From: an uncultured virus (IMG/VR IMGVR_UViG_3300006100_001445)
Lineage: Duplodnaviria > Heunggongvirae > Uroviricota > Caudoviricetes
IMG/VR virus record: IMGVR_UViG_3300006100_001445
DNA length: 64,000 nucleotides
Direction: 5' to 3' (one strand)
This document shows positions 33,816 through 43,101 of this stretch, piece after piece (positions within the stretch are counted from its first letter, which is position 1; each line of letters begins with the position of its first letter). The position numbers were made by a program, and so were the translations under genes. The notes beneath the pieces are model-generated. The model was given only the letters and a program-made list of their open reading frames with translations, did no database searches and was not told where the DNA came from.

Positions 33816-35478
33816 TCTTTTCCAAATATTGTCGAATTTGTTCGCGTTCTACATCAGTCAATGAATCGGGATCATAACGTCCAGCATCAATTTCGGCAAT
33901 CAAGTGCTGTATATACAGATCATCATAAGCATACACGTCTGTTTGATCTTTGTCAACCTCTATCCACTTGCTGCCATTGAATTTGAACAAACGATTTGGT
34001 AAGTAATCGGTTCTCAAGTAGATGTCGCCCTTTGCGGGATTGGCTGGGTATTCGTTGCCAAATCCGGTATTGCTGGCTTTGGCCGAATCAAGTTGATTGT
34101 CTGCTTGTATTCCCACTGCCAACAGTTTACTCATATCAACTCCACGATTGGCGCCGGGTCGTGCTTCAGGTACTTCGGGTGGTTCTGGATCTTCGGGTGG
34201 TGCTTTTGCTTCTACCACATCAACTCCATCTTCGTTTGGCGCATAGTCGGGATTGATTTCACCATCAGCAGTTAAATATCCAACTTCTTTCAACTGTTGT
34301 ACCACTTGATCTGCGTCTTCTTGTGTGGCCGGAGTCCAAGTTGTTTCTAAATTTGCAGGCAATCGCTCAGTGGCAACAGGTTGCACATAGCTGGCTGTCA
34401 TTGGCATACTGGGTGCCAACCCACGCCCGCGGAACGGAGTTTCTTCTTTGATACTTTCCAGTTCGGGCAGTTCAGTTTCAGCGTGTTCGGCATACTCGGC
34501 CAGCATAGCATTAATCTGATCAAGTTGTTCATCTGTTAACGGAAGTGACTGGCGCTCGTAGTGTGGTTCCTGTGGTTCAAAACTGGGACCGGTCTGGACC
34601 CACTCGCCATTGGGCATACGCACACCTTCGTAATTTGGAGTGTCATCATTGACCAGTACTAGTTTTTCTTCTTGTTCAGATTCTTCTCCCTGGTCAGGTT
34701 CTTGCTCAACTGTTGGCGCAGGATTGCGTTGCCAAGCAAATGTCATTTGACTGGCCAACAACATAATAACTGCCAGCGGATCAAATACTATAACAATCAT
34801 TATGATGATCCAGGTCACTGCCTTTTCCAACATTGATGCGTCGGGTGCAGTACCGTAAATAAATGCGGCAATATACTTGATAGGACCTACTTCAGCTTCG
34901 ACTTTACGATTCTCAGCACGTATAGGAGCAGCTTCATCATTGAGTTGACTAATGACTCTTTGATTGGCTTCAATATCTTTGGCCAAGGCCGCACGATCAC
35001 GCTTTTGGCTATTGCGAATAGCGTTGGATTTGTCAGCCCCTTTTTCATCACTGCTACGGCTCATTACCTGATCAACTGCGGCATCCATTTGCTGTAGCTG
35101 TTTGCGATCAGCTTCGATGTTGTCACGTGCTGTTTTGATTTTTTCATCAAAAATAGCCAGTTTGGCGCCTACATCACCCGACACCAAATTTTGATCGTTG
35201 TGTGCTTTGCTCAAGAAGCCAAAGATACCCATACTTGTGATCAGCATCAATACTGTAACGGCCACGCACATATAGATACGCATCAGCATTGGAACACGGC
35301 TCCAATGCTGTTTGATCCAGGTAGCACATACCAACTTGGCCACTTCCAAACTCACACCCATGATCATAATGGGCACCGCTGCGGCAGAGAAGATGGCAGT
35401 TAAACCCACCACGCTGTAGTAGATTGCGACCGAGCTAATGGTCAAGCCCGTCAGTAACAATAGGTAAGCAAGTATCAT
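33808..35478 (-). CDS. multi-TM coiled-coil protein with acidic C-terminal region
   Basis: Three N-terminal TMs, coiled-coil, EAEVGPIKYIA, VFDPLAV, GDIYLRTDYLPNRLF. Confidence 0.8.
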   Translation of the reverse strand: MILAYLLLLTGLTISSVAIYYSVVGLTAIFSAAAVPIMIMGVSLEVAKLVCATWIKQHWSRVPMLMRIYMCVAVTVLMLITSMGIFGFLSKAHNDQNLVSGDVGAKLAIFDEKIKTARDNIEADRKQLQQMDAAVDQVMSRSSDEKGADKSNAIRNSQKRDRAALAKDIEANQRVISQLNDEAAPIRAENRKVEAEVGPIKYIAAFIYGTAPDASMLEKAVTWIIIMIVIVFDPLAVIMLLASQMTFAWQRNPAPTVEQEPDQGEESEQEEKLVLVNDDTPNYEGVRMPNGEWVQTGPSFEPQEPHYERQSLPLTDEQLDQINAMLAEYAEHAETELPELESIKEETPFRGRGLAPSMPMTASYVQPVATERLPANLETTWTPATQEDADQVVQQLKEVGYLTADGEINPDYAPNEDGVDVVEAKAPPEDPEPPEVPEARPGANRGVDMSKLLAVGIQADNQLDSAKASNTGFGNEYPANPAKGDIYLRTDYLPNRLFKFNGSKWIEVDKDQTDVYAYDDLYIQHLIAEIDAGRYDPDSLTDVEREQIRQYLEKNA

Positions 35479-35505
35479 AGTTAGTATTTACCAGTAGAAG
35501 ATACT

Positions 35506-35537
35506 GTAACTATACACTAAAACACATTTGCCGTCAA
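35506..35537 (-). promoter_or_regulatory. sigma70 promoter upstream of the 35478 gene (plus TAAATA nearer the ATG)
   Basis: TTGACG-N17-TATAGT. Confidence 0.55.
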
Positions 35538-35696
35538 CTGATATTTGGTATCAAATTGATATCAAAAATCCACATATCCACAAATTCCGGTTTGACATAC
35601 TCAAACGGTATCCAGCATTGCCTGGATCAGTCGCGGCAAAAGTAGTACTAGTACTTCAGTTATGCAAGATCGCTAACTAAATGTTTACTTCTGTGT
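35527..35696 (-). other. non-coding element: candidate structured RNA and/or decayed C1-peptidase remnant
   Basis: About 15-bp closing stem with inner hairpins; also reads QCWIPFEYV..DMWIFDI in a broken frame. Confidence 0.35.
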
Positions 35697-35702
35697 ATTA
35701 AC

Positions 35703-35749
35703 AATATAAATTATAAGTGTTGTAAAGTCAACTACAGTTTTATTACAGT
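35703..35749 (-). promoter_or_regulatory. sigma70 promoter with Pho-box-like repeat abutting -35
   Basis: ACTGTAATAAAACTGTAG-TTGACT-N17-TATATT. Confidence 0.5.
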
Positions 35750-35827
35750 CTATATGTCTACGTAAAAAATTTAGCCATAAAAAAATGCCAGCTCTAGCAT
35801 TTTTATTAAATCAATGACTTATGTCTG

Positions 35828-36058
35828 TTACTGGCCAACTACGGCAACAGCGGGCGCTATACCACCCAATTGGCGAATCACTGCTAGTTCGTCTGGCTGT
35901 TCCGCATCGGATTGGGTATCACAGGCACAAGGTGTTGCTCGGCAGGTGTCACAAGGTTGATTGGCAGAGGTAAACGGACTGGCTGTGCCAATGTGTGATT
36001 CAGATTCGGCCTTTTCCAATGCGTCAGCTACTGATCTCAAGATGTCGGCAATTTTCAT
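35828..36058 (-). CDS. small hypothetical protein with Cys cluster
   Basis: MKIADIL start; CDTCRATPCAC. Confidence 0.65.
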   Translation of the reverse strand: MKIADILRSVADALEKAESESHIGTASPFTSANQPCDTCRATPCACDTQSDAEQPDELAVIRQLGGIAPAVAVVGQ

Positions 36059-36059
36059 A

Positions 36060-36260
36060 TTATTTCCAAGGGCGACCCAGTATTAGGCCTCCGGTATGTG
36101 TGCCGGCCACTGCGGTATTGCCCGAATAGGTACTGGGTAATTCGGTTGTGTCTAAAGTACTCGGGCGTCCAGTTGCGGCACGTTTGGTTGCGGCTGCGGC
36201 CAATTTGGCAGCCTGACGTGCTTGTTTTGTAGATAAGTGACTGATACCATTCTGTGACAT
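36060..36260 (-). CDS. small virion-associated protein
   Basis: MSQNGISHL...GLILGRPWK, operonic. Confidence 0.65.
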   Translation of the reverse strand: MSQNGISHLSTKQARQAAKLAAAATKRAATGRPSTLDTTELPSTYSGNTAVAGTHTGGLILGRPWK

Positions 36261-36261
36261 A

Positions 36262-36582
36262 TTAGAATCCTGCGTTGGTCAAACGTTGAGCAATTTGATC
36301 CAGTGCCGATGAAATGGTATAAACATTGCTGGTCCAGTTTGCGCTGTTGGCCATGGTATAACTGGTCTGTGTGTTTACATAAGCAATGCTGGCCGCGCCC
36401 AACACATCGTTTACAGTCAACAACACATTGCCGCCACGACCGGCTACACTGACCACTGGTAAATTTTCAGAACCACTGGCAATGTTGGCAAAATTTGTGT
36501 TGATTTTGCTAAAAGCATCGCGTAGGGGATCACCGGTTTGATCGTTTGCTGTGGTGCCAATATTAACTGCGCTAAAAGTCAT
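36262..36582 (-). CDS. baseplate/fibre-associated structural protein
   Basis: NIGTTANDQTGDPLRDAFSKINTNF (T4 gp9/gp10-type N-terminus); VVSVAGRGGNVLL. Confidence 0.8.
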   Translation of the reverse strand: MTFSAVNIGTTANDQTGDPLRDAFSKINTNFANIASGSENLPVVSVAGRGGNVLLTVNDVLGAASIAYVNTQTSYTMANSANWTSNVYTISSALDQIAQRLTNAGF

Positions 36583-36612
36583 TGTAGTTTACCTTGTATC
36601 TAGTATTTATGG

Positions 36613-37857
36613 TCAGTGTGTCTGTTGCCAACCATTAACAGTTTTGGCCCATACAGTCTGAATTTGGGTCCAGGTAACCGAGTCTGTTTTGACCCAGGTA
36701 TTGGCCACTGTACTCCAGGTGCTGTCGGCTGTTTTGATCTTGGGCTTTTGCGGTGCAAACATACCTGCAAGTGCCGATCCTTCAATACGCCCTAGTCCCA
36801 CTACTGGATCCCATCCCACAGTTGATCGATATCCAGTGTCAATCCAACCTGTATCATTGCCCGACGCAAAATCATAAAATGCACCTGGGTTGTTATAAAA
36901 CAAGGGATTTAGTTGCGGCAGTCTGGCGCCATTTGCGGCCTGTGTTCTTGCCATTACTCCGGCCATTACAGGAGCAGCTGCACTGGTGCCGCCCACTTGC
37001 TGTATTGCACCGGCCAGATACAAGTCGTAAGCGTTCATTGGTGCGGATATGTCTGGTGTGCCACGATTAAGCAAAGGTAGTGTGCGTGATGGTGTGCCGG
37101 GTACGTTTGAATATGAAGTGTATGTTAACCCTTGTTGCCACGCTGGCGCTGCAAAAATACTGCTTACTCCACCACCACTGGTTTGACTAACAGTTTCTGA
37201 CTGTATTGCACCCGATGGATACAGCAGTAGATTGGTTCCGCCAACAGCAACAACATTAGGACTGCCTGCTGGGTACTGTATTGATAGCCCAGTTCCGTAT
37301 GTGGCTTCAGATCCCAAGTCTCCTGTGGCAACAAATATTGTGGTGCCTTGAGCAACTGCTCTTGCAAAAATTGGTTCGAACATCCAACGGAAAACACCTT
37401 CTAAAAATCCATATTCAGCCAATCCCCAACTGACCGTGATAACATCACAGTTGTCGGTTACTGCTCGATCAAGTACTCTTGCAAAACCACTAATGGTGTT
37501 TTGTCCAATGTAGATTGTGATATCGGCCTCAGGGGCCACAGCCGCCGCACAATAAAGATCCAAAGTATTTTCAATACTTCCATTACCACCATCAAAATTA
37601 TTTACAGCTCCATCAATCAATACTGTGTGAATGTTGGCACTGGTAACAGTTGGATATAATCCTAAATCTGTCATTGACTGATCAAAATCTGAGGCTAGCC
37701 AACCGCCACCTAAACTGACAATACCAATCTTTACCCCGGCTCCGGTACCAGCCGGTACACCATATGCATTGACTACCGCAGTGGGTGTGAGTCCAGAATC
37801 ACCGAGACGTACTGCACTGGGATCTTGACCTACATAGGATATATAATTAGAAATCAT
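36613..37857 (-). CDS. S53 (sedolisin/kumamolisin) serine peptidase with fibre-like C-terminal tail
   Basis: ENTLD, SWG, TGDLG, VVAVGGT, PDISA, GGTSAAAP, GWDPVVGLG; TGATG coupling. Confidence 0.88.
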   Translation of the reverse strand: MISNYISYVGQDPSAVRLGDSGLTPTAVVNAYGVPAGTGAGVKIGIVSLGGGWLASDFDQSMTDLGLYPTVTSANIHTVLIDGAVNNFDGGNGSIENTLDLYCAAAVAPEADITIYIGQNTISGFARVLDRAVTDNCDVITVSWGLAEYGFLEGVFRWMFEPIFARAVAQGTTIFVATGDLGSEATYGTGLSIQYPAGSPNVVAVGGTNLLLYPSGAIQSETVSQTSGGGVSSIFAAPAWQQGLTYTSYSNVPGTPSRTLPLLNRGTPDISAPMNAYDLYLAGAIQQVGGTSAAAPVMAGVMARTQAANGARLPQLNPLFYNNPGAFYDFASGNDTGWIDTGYRSTVGWDPVVGLGRIEGSALAGMFAPQKPKIKTADSTWSTVANTWVKTDSVTWTQIQTVWAKTVNGWQQTH

Positions 37858-38894
37858 CAGATTGTTTGATACCAAATATCGCCAACATTTCCATCTGTGG
37901 GCCCAGGTGCTTGGTTGCTCACGTGAATTGTGCGATTGTTGTTATTTGCCAACAGGGCCACATTGCTGTTGATAGAAGCTATGGCTGTGGCCTGTGTAGC
38001 TGCATTGGAAAATAGAGTGGCTATGTTTGCAGCAAACGCTGTGACATTTGCTGATAGGTTTGAATTGGTGACCGACAGTTGGCCAGTAAGGTTACTAATT
38101 TCAGTTGATAAAGAAGCCAGTGTAGTGTTAACAGAATTCTGTGTGTTGGCCAAGTTTGTTGTTTGAGATTGTAGAGTGGATACATTGCTGACTGTGGCAG
38201 ACAATGTAGAGTTGGCTGCTGTTTGGTATGCAGTCAAGTTCCCAGCTACTGCGGCAATCTGTGTAGACTGAGTAGCGGCATTGGCAAATAGTGCAGAAAC
38301 GTTTGATACCAATTGTCCAACGCTGGTGTTGACTGAATCTAGGCTAGTATACACCGATCCAATTTGTACATTAGAATATGTAGCAAAAGAATTTAAATTG
38401 TTAGTAGTGCTGTTGATGGATGTTTGTTGTGCGGCAGCGTTGGCCGACCATGCCGCTGTTACTGCGGCTATGTTTGATTGTATCCAGCTGGATACCTGTG
38501 CGGTGTTGCCAGACACATTACCGGATGGTAATGAGTTGACTGTATTTCTTAAAGTTTGAATTGCTGCGTTGGCGGCTGTAAAACCGGAATTGACATTTGC
38601 AACTAGACCAGTCAATGCGCTGATAGTAGCAAAAGTAGAATTTACATACGCATTACTGGTTGATCCAGGCACATCTGATAATAGTATTGTTAAATCACCA
38701 GTACTCAAATTAACCGGGCGGCCATTGACCAGTCTAACAGTACCCGGGATAAATCCAGCACCATTGGCAATCACATTAAAATTGTTGTTGATTGTGTTGA
38801 CTAGGGGTGTCAATGCAGCCCAGGCCGTTGTTCCGCTAAAAGGAATAGGTACTGGGGGTAGTGTGATTTTTACGTTGGAGCTCAGTGCGGACAT
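37857..38894 (-). CDS. coiled-coil fibre protein
   Basis: Repeats L-x-x-N-A-A-x-Q; C-terminal APGPTDGNVGDIWYQ. Confidence 0.75.
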   Translation of the reverse strand: MSALSSNVKITLPPVPIPFSGTTAWAALTPLVNTINNNFNVIANGAGFIPGTVRLVNGRPVNLSTGDLTILLSDVPGSTSNAYVNSTFATISALTGLVANVNSGFTAANAAIQTLRNTVNSLPSGNVSGNTAQVSSWIQSNIAAVTAAWSANAAAQQTSINSTTNNLNSFATYSNVQIGSVYTSLDSVNTSVGQLVSNVSALFANAATQSTQIAAVAGNLTAYQTAANSTLSATVSNVSTLQSQTTNLANTQNSVNTTLASLSTEISNLTGQLSVTNSNLSANVTAFAANIATLFSNAATQATAIASINSNVALLANNNNRTIHVSNQAPGPTDGNVGDIWYQTI

Positions 38895-38932
38895 TGTTTT
38901 TACCTTTATTTGAGTATTTATGGTAAAAACAA
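38894..38932 (-). promoter_or_regulatory. late promoter in the loop of an 11-bp hairpin covering the RBS
   Basis: TTGTTTTTACC-aTAAATActcaaataaa-GGTAAAAACAA(TG). Confidence 0.7.
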
Positions 38933-38945
38933 AACGAAAGCAGGG

Positions 38946-39290
38946 TTAGCGTTTGCCGTGTTTCTTGTTGTAAATGCTCCAGGCTGTGGCAAATGCTTTA
39001 GCTGGTTCGCCGGGGTATTCTTTCTTTAACTTCAAGACCATATCTTCCATTCCCGGGGGAGCTTTTTCTGTTACTGTATCTTCTTGGTGTAGACTTTTTA
39101 ACGTCTTGGCCAATACTGCCTGTTTTTTAATCCGTGGATTGGTACTGTGTGTGGCTTTTTCTAGCTTACCAGCTGGAATAGGTTGGTCTGCAGGAACGTG
39201 TAAACTACGGTGCAGGCCACCCTTGTGCTTGATGGCTTTTTGAATCCACTTTTCTTCATTGACGGGATTGATAAATTCGGTTGATCGCAT
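38946..39290 (-). CDS. basic small protein, possible head-internal protein
   Basis: MRSTEFI start; WIQKAIKHKGGLH; AFATAW. Confidence 0.7.
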   Translation of the reverse strand: MRSTEFINPVNEEKWIQKAIKHKGGLHRSLHVPADQPIPAGKLEKATHSTNPRIKKQAVLAKTLKSLHQEDTVTEKAPPGMEDMVLKLKKEYPGEPAKAFATAWSIYNKKHGKR

Positions 39291-39327
39291 AAAAATATTT
39301 ATGCACCGGGTATTGGTAATACAAGTA

Positions 39328-40359
39328 CTATCGTACTAGTCCCAGTTCAACTGCTCGATTGTACACCTGTTCGCTGGCAAGATTTTTGCCTTTGCTTTCG
39401 CATTGTATGTCAAAGTTTTCCCAAAATGTCAATGCCCAGTCAGTCACAGGTTGATTCCAGTAGAAGTCACTGTGTGCCCTCAGTTTTTGTTTCTTGTAAC
39501 CCGATTCCAACAAATGTGCCATTTCAGGTTGAGCAGCATTGTTGTGTCCAACCAGCACATCCTCTCTTGATACCGAATAGTGCAAGGCTGGTCTAACGCC
39601 GCGCCAGGATTCGATCAAGCGTAGAACTCGATCGTCGGTGAGCTGAATGTACTCTCCTGTACGGATCCAGTGATGGTGTATGTCAAGCACAAGAGCGCAG
39701 TCGCGGACCAGTTCAAGGCTGGCGTCAACTCCCCACGACATTTCGTCGTTTTCGATGGTAATACAATTTCGCGCTTCGGGAGAAAGCCGTTGGAGGGCAG
39801 AGCGAATACCGGCGGGACCGCGCTTACCTGAGATGTGGACATTGATCTTGAAATCCTGAAAGGTTTTTCCGTAACCCATCCACCTGGCCATATCAGCATG
39901 ATATTCAAACTCCTCTATACTTCTATTTACTATTTCTTCAGCTTCACTGGCCAACACACAGAACTGTCCGGGATGGAAGCTGAGTCTAACGTCTAGACGT
40001 CTTGCAGTTTCGCCAATGGGTGCAAAGATGCGTTCAAGATGATTTTGTATCTCCCTGCGTTGCCACCAGGCCTTCCAGTCCTTCTCGGTATAGCCCTGTA
40101 GCATTTCCGAACCCAAGCGAACCATACGGCGTTCAGGCGGCAAGGTAGCCACACGTTCAATCAGTCTTACAGCGGCCGCCGCATTGTGATTCATGATATC
40201 CCACTGACGCTGTTCAGCTTCGGCAGGATGCTCACGCAACCAACGCATTGTGGTTGAGCGACCATTGAGATCGCGGTCAACGGCATTGACTTTCATACCA
40301 CCACATTCTGAAGGGTCATTTAACCACTTGCAACAAAAACCTATGCGTTTAATGGACAC
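39328..40359 (-). CDS. uvsE: UV damage endonuclease
   Basis: RIGFCCK, RLSFHPGQF, INVHISG, IENDE, LDIHHHW, AHSD; GTG start after GAGG. Confidence 0.93.
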   Translation of the reverse strand: MSIKRIGFCCKWLNDPSECGGMKVNAVDRDLNGRSTTMRWLREHPAEAEQRQWDIMNHNAAAAVRLIERVATLPPERRMVRLGSEMLQGYTEKDWKAWWQRREIQNHLERIFAPIGETARRLDVRLSFHPGQFCVLASEAEEIVNRSIEEFEYHADMARWMGYGKTFQDFKINVHISGKRGPAGIRSALQRLSPEARNCITIENDEMSWGVDASLELVRDCALVLDIHHHWIRTGEYIQLTDDRVLRLIESWRGVRPALHYSVSREDVLVGHNNAAQPEMAHLLESGYKKQKLRAHSDFYWNQPVTDWALTFWENFDIQCESKGKNLASEQVYNRAVELGLVR

Positions 40360-40612
40360 TATATTCCTCAAATTCGTAGTATACACTACCACGTGCTTCG
40401 GCGTCAATGATTGCCTGTTCAAACTCGGCATCGTGGTTTTCTGGCACACCTAACATCCGTGCCCGTTCGTTCAGCTCAAGTTGGTAAGCATCTAACAGCT
40501 CTTGTGCATAATCCAAATCGTCTTGGGTTACTTCCTGACTCCACTCTTCTAATGCTTCGGGTGTGGCCTTAAGCAAAAATTCTAGATTGGCTCTATCGTG
40601 ATCGTTCATCAT
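40349..40612 (-). CDS. acidic hypothetical protein
   Basis: 87 aa, operonic. Confidence 0.7.
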   Translation of the reverse strand: MMNDHDRANLEFLLKATPEALEEWSQEVTQDDLDYAQELLDAYQLELNERARMLGVPENHDAEFEQAIIDAEARGSVYYEFEEYSVH

Positions 40613-40791
40613 TTCAAACTCCTGACGTGATTGATAATTTGGTTGGCTTCGGGAAAACCTTGAGATTCTTTTACGGCCACTGTGGCTTCGATCATATCAG
40701 CCTGTATTTCGTGCAGGCCTGATACAAAAGTTCCAATCTGATCTCGAGTAAGAGTGTAACGCAATACACTAATTCTTTTATTTTCTTCCAT
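40609..40791 (-). CDS. hypothetical protein
   Basis: GGAG SD before MEENKR. Confidence 0.6.
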   Translation of the reverse strand: MEENKRISVLRYTLTRDQIGTFVSGLHEIQADMIEATVAVKESQGFPEANQIINHVRSLK

Positions 40792-41047
40792 TGCTGTCTT
40801 TCTCCTCCATAAACTCAAATATATTTCTGTGTGCTTCTCTGTATACCTCTTCCGAAACAGGTTTGCCATCTTCGATGTACCAGGTCTTGCCATCTTCATC
40901 TTTTACAGTATACACATAGTCTGCTTCACTGTCGCCTGGGCAGAAGTTGTCTTGGCAATACAAATACCCGCTCACCGAGTGCAAACCAAAATACACTACA
41001 GCAACCATCAAGAGCACATTGAGACGATACATATTAGCCTTGAACAA
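40778..41047 (-). CDS. small membrane/secreted protein
   Basis: N-terminal hydrophobic segment. Confidence 0.6.
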   Translation of the reverse strand: MFKANMYRLNVLLMVAVVYFGLHSVSGYLYCQDNFCPGDSEADYVYTVKDEDGKTWYIEDGKPVSEEVYREAHRNIFEFMEEKDSNGRK

Positions 41048-41243
41048 ATACTTCTACAGTTTGAACATACTCAACAAACTTGTCATACGGCACAAGCTCA
41101 TAAGGACTGGTTGAGTAAAATGCTTCAGGCATCTTGACTCTGACACCGTTCTTGTAGCACTCGTGGTAAGTCTTGATGTTGTCTTCTTCAACATCGTCCC
41201 AAGGGCAATATTCATAACCCAAATAACTGTATAAAGCATTCAT
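41034..41243 (-). CDS. hypothetical protein
   Basis: 69 aa, ATGA coupling. Confidence 0.6.
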   Translation of the reverse strand: MNALYSYLGYEYCPWDDVEEDNIKTYHECYKNGVRVKMPEAFYSTSPYELVPYDKFVEYVQTVEVFVQG

Positions 41244-41488
41244 ACCAAGTCCTTAAAATAAACATTAAAAGCACGAGCATTCTGTTTAAGTGTGCTACGA
41301 TTCCGACAATGTGGGCCACGATATACTATACGAAAACGATAACCCAACTGTTTCAAACTGTGGCGTAAGGATTCTAACTGACTGATCGGAATCATACGCA
41401 ATTCGGGATTGGCCTGTACAGTCATATAAACATCACTGAAGCCAGCAATGAATGATTCAGTACGGAGTTCTTTAGGCACATACGGCAT
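41240..41488 (-). CDS. hypothetical protein
   Basis: 82 aa; FRIVYRGP motif. Confidence 0.6.
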   Translation of the reverse strand: MPYVPKELRTESFIAGFSDVYMTVQANPELRMIPISQLESLRHSLKQLGYRFRIVYRGPHCRNRSTLKQNARAFNVYFKDLV

Positions 41489-41489
41489 A

Positions 41490-41918
41490 TCAGTTGGCCT
41501 CGTAAGCGGCTTTGAGCTTCTTCATAAACTCAGCACGGATCTTGGCAGCCTGTTTGGGTGTCAACTCAATTTCAGGATATACCTGACTTTTGACTGAAGT
41601 CTTGACCACGGCATTTTTAGCTACCACGGTGCGTGTCTTTTTGACCGCTTTGGGTTTAGCGAACGGGTTTTCGTCTCGGATCAAACTGGTAAGCAGGCCT
41701 GTGGCTTCAGGGGTGTTATACTTGGGGTACGAAACAGCCAAGTTAGTGAGCACATACTTAGCGGCATCATTTTTGCTCATTGGGTTAGGCAAGATTGCCA
41801 TTGAGATGTCTGTATCACCCAGTTTAGCCAACTGTTGGGCACGGCTAATTTCGTTAGCAGTACGGAACTTTAAAACACCATTCATACGGCTAAAACCTGC
41901 AAATTGAACTGTACTCAT
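41490..41918 (-). CDS. hypothetical early protein
   Basis: AAGGAG SD after early promoter; KFRTAN..LAKLGDTDI..LPNPMSK. Confidence 0.7.
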   Translation of the reverse strand: MSTVQFAGFSRMNGVLKFRTANEISRAQQLAKLGDTDISMAILPNPMSKNDAAKYVLTNLAVSYPKYNTPEATGLLTSLIRDENPFAKPKAVKKTRTVVAKNAVVKTSVKSQVYPEIELTPKQAAKIRAEFMKKLKAAYEAN

Positions 41919-41947
41919 CGCTACTCCTTGTTAATTACTATACAAGT

Positions 41948-41978
41948 ATTATAGCATTTTGGCAATTTTTGGACAACC
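41948..41978 (-). promoter_or_regulatory. repeated early promoter, copy 2
   Basis: TTGTCC-aaaaattgccaaaaTGc-TATAAT. Confidence 0.8.
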
Positions 41979-42016
41979 AAAATACCAGGAATTTTAAGTG
42001 TTGTAAGTTGTTGATT

Positions 42017-42244
42017 TTAAAGGAGTTTTACAGCCAGACCCGCTGTGTATATGGCTAAAAGCCCGGCATTTACAGTGATCATAGCTCGATCCCGTATCAA
42101 AACTGCCCAGATCAGGAAGGTTGCACTACCCAAATTCAGGGTTATGGCACTTAGTGGGTAGATATTAAGACTAGCGAATACTGCACCTGCTAGGGTGATG
42201 GCAGTAGCTGTCCATTTGATGCGTGTTGCTATAACTGTATTCAT
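42017..42244 (-). CDS. small three-TM membrane protein
   Basis: 75 aa hydrophobic; ATG 5 nt after TATAAT. Confidence 0.75.
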   Translation of the reverse strand: MNTVIATRIKWTATAITLAGAVFASLNIYPLSAITLNLGSATFLIWAVLIRDRAMITVNAGLLAIYTAGLAVKLL

Positions 42245-42249
42245 ACTGC

Positions 42250-42279
42250 ATTATAGCATTTTGGCAATTTTTGGTCTAG
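42250..42279 (-). promoter_or_regulatory. repeated early promoter, copy 3
   Basis: TAGACC-aaaaattgccaaaaTGc-TATAAT. Confidence 0.8.
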
Positions 42280-42497
42280 TGCAGGGTGTCGTTATCTAGC
42301 TGTTCAGCATCACGAATGCCAAACATTTTAAAGATTTTTTGAACATTTTTGGGTTGTTTAAAGGGTATGCTGTCAGGTAAAAATACCGACTTTAATTCAC
42401 CGTCTGGTCCAAGTATGAAACCGTAATCTTCGTCACTGATTTCTGTGTCATATATGTCGCCCATTTCTAATTCTTGATCTTGAGATACTTTGCTCAT
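42276..42497 (-). CDS. acidic hypothetical protein
   Basis: DYGFILGPDGELKSVFLP; GGAG SD. Confidence 0.65.
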   Translation of the reverse strand: MSKVSQDQELEMGDIYDTEISDEDYGFILGPDGELKSVFLPDSIPFKQPKNVQKIFKMFGIRDAEQLDNDTLH

Positions 42498-43101
42498 TGT
42501 TTGGCTCCAGTCGTTTAAGATATTTATTGGCGTGTTTTTTTAATTGTGTTAGCACTTTTGGATCGTGTTTAAAATGTCGGCGATACAGTCGATATGCGTG
42601 TGTTCGTTCCATTGGACGATTGTACACTATCATTTCGCTTGCAACATTAAAACTGTAGGCCAACAATTCGTCTTCGCAACCTAAATAGTCTTGCATTGTT
42701 TCTGTGTAACGCAAAGTGGTTCGTGCTCGGTAACCGCGTCCGTGTCGATAACCGCGGCGGCGACAGTAATACTGATGCAGATATTCGTGTGTTATTACAT
42801 CAGCGATGTGAAATCCCATGGTATCCCAATCGGTACCATCAATGTAACAGATTTTTTTACGAGTGGGAAAAGTCAAGGTAATATAAATGCAAGGATCTTG
42901 TTGTTCGTCGTCGGCTGGACGATATTCGCCTTTGATCCAAAAATTACCTGGTTCCACACGACTGTCGCGCTCGGTATTGAATACCAATTGGGGGTCACAA
43001 AACTGCATACGAATCAAATGTGTTAGTCCCTTGGGCGTGTATTGTTTACCACTGTGTCTCTCAGCGATACTTTGTAAACGCTCAAGGGCTTCAAAGAACA
43101 T
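42448..43101 (-). CDS. HExxH putative metallopeptidase
   Basis: ITHEYLHQYY ... YLGCEDELLAY. Confidence 0.7.
   Translation of the reverse strand: MFFEALERLQSIAERHSGKQYTPKGLTHLIRMQFCDPQLVFNTERDSRVEPGNFWIKGEYRPADDEQQDPCIYITLTFPTRKKICYIDGTDWDTMGFHIADVITHEYLHQYYCRRRGYRHGRGYRARTTLRYTETMQDYLGCEDELLAYSFNVASEMIVYNRPMERTHAYRLYRRHFKHDPKVLTQLKKHANKYLKRLEPNNEQSISRSRIRNGRHI

Noticed and set aside
35566..35583. DnaA-box-like AAATCCACA / ATATCCACA pair as a replication origin
   Set aside because: Only two imperfect boxes, no unwinding-element repeats, and the phage has its own helicase.
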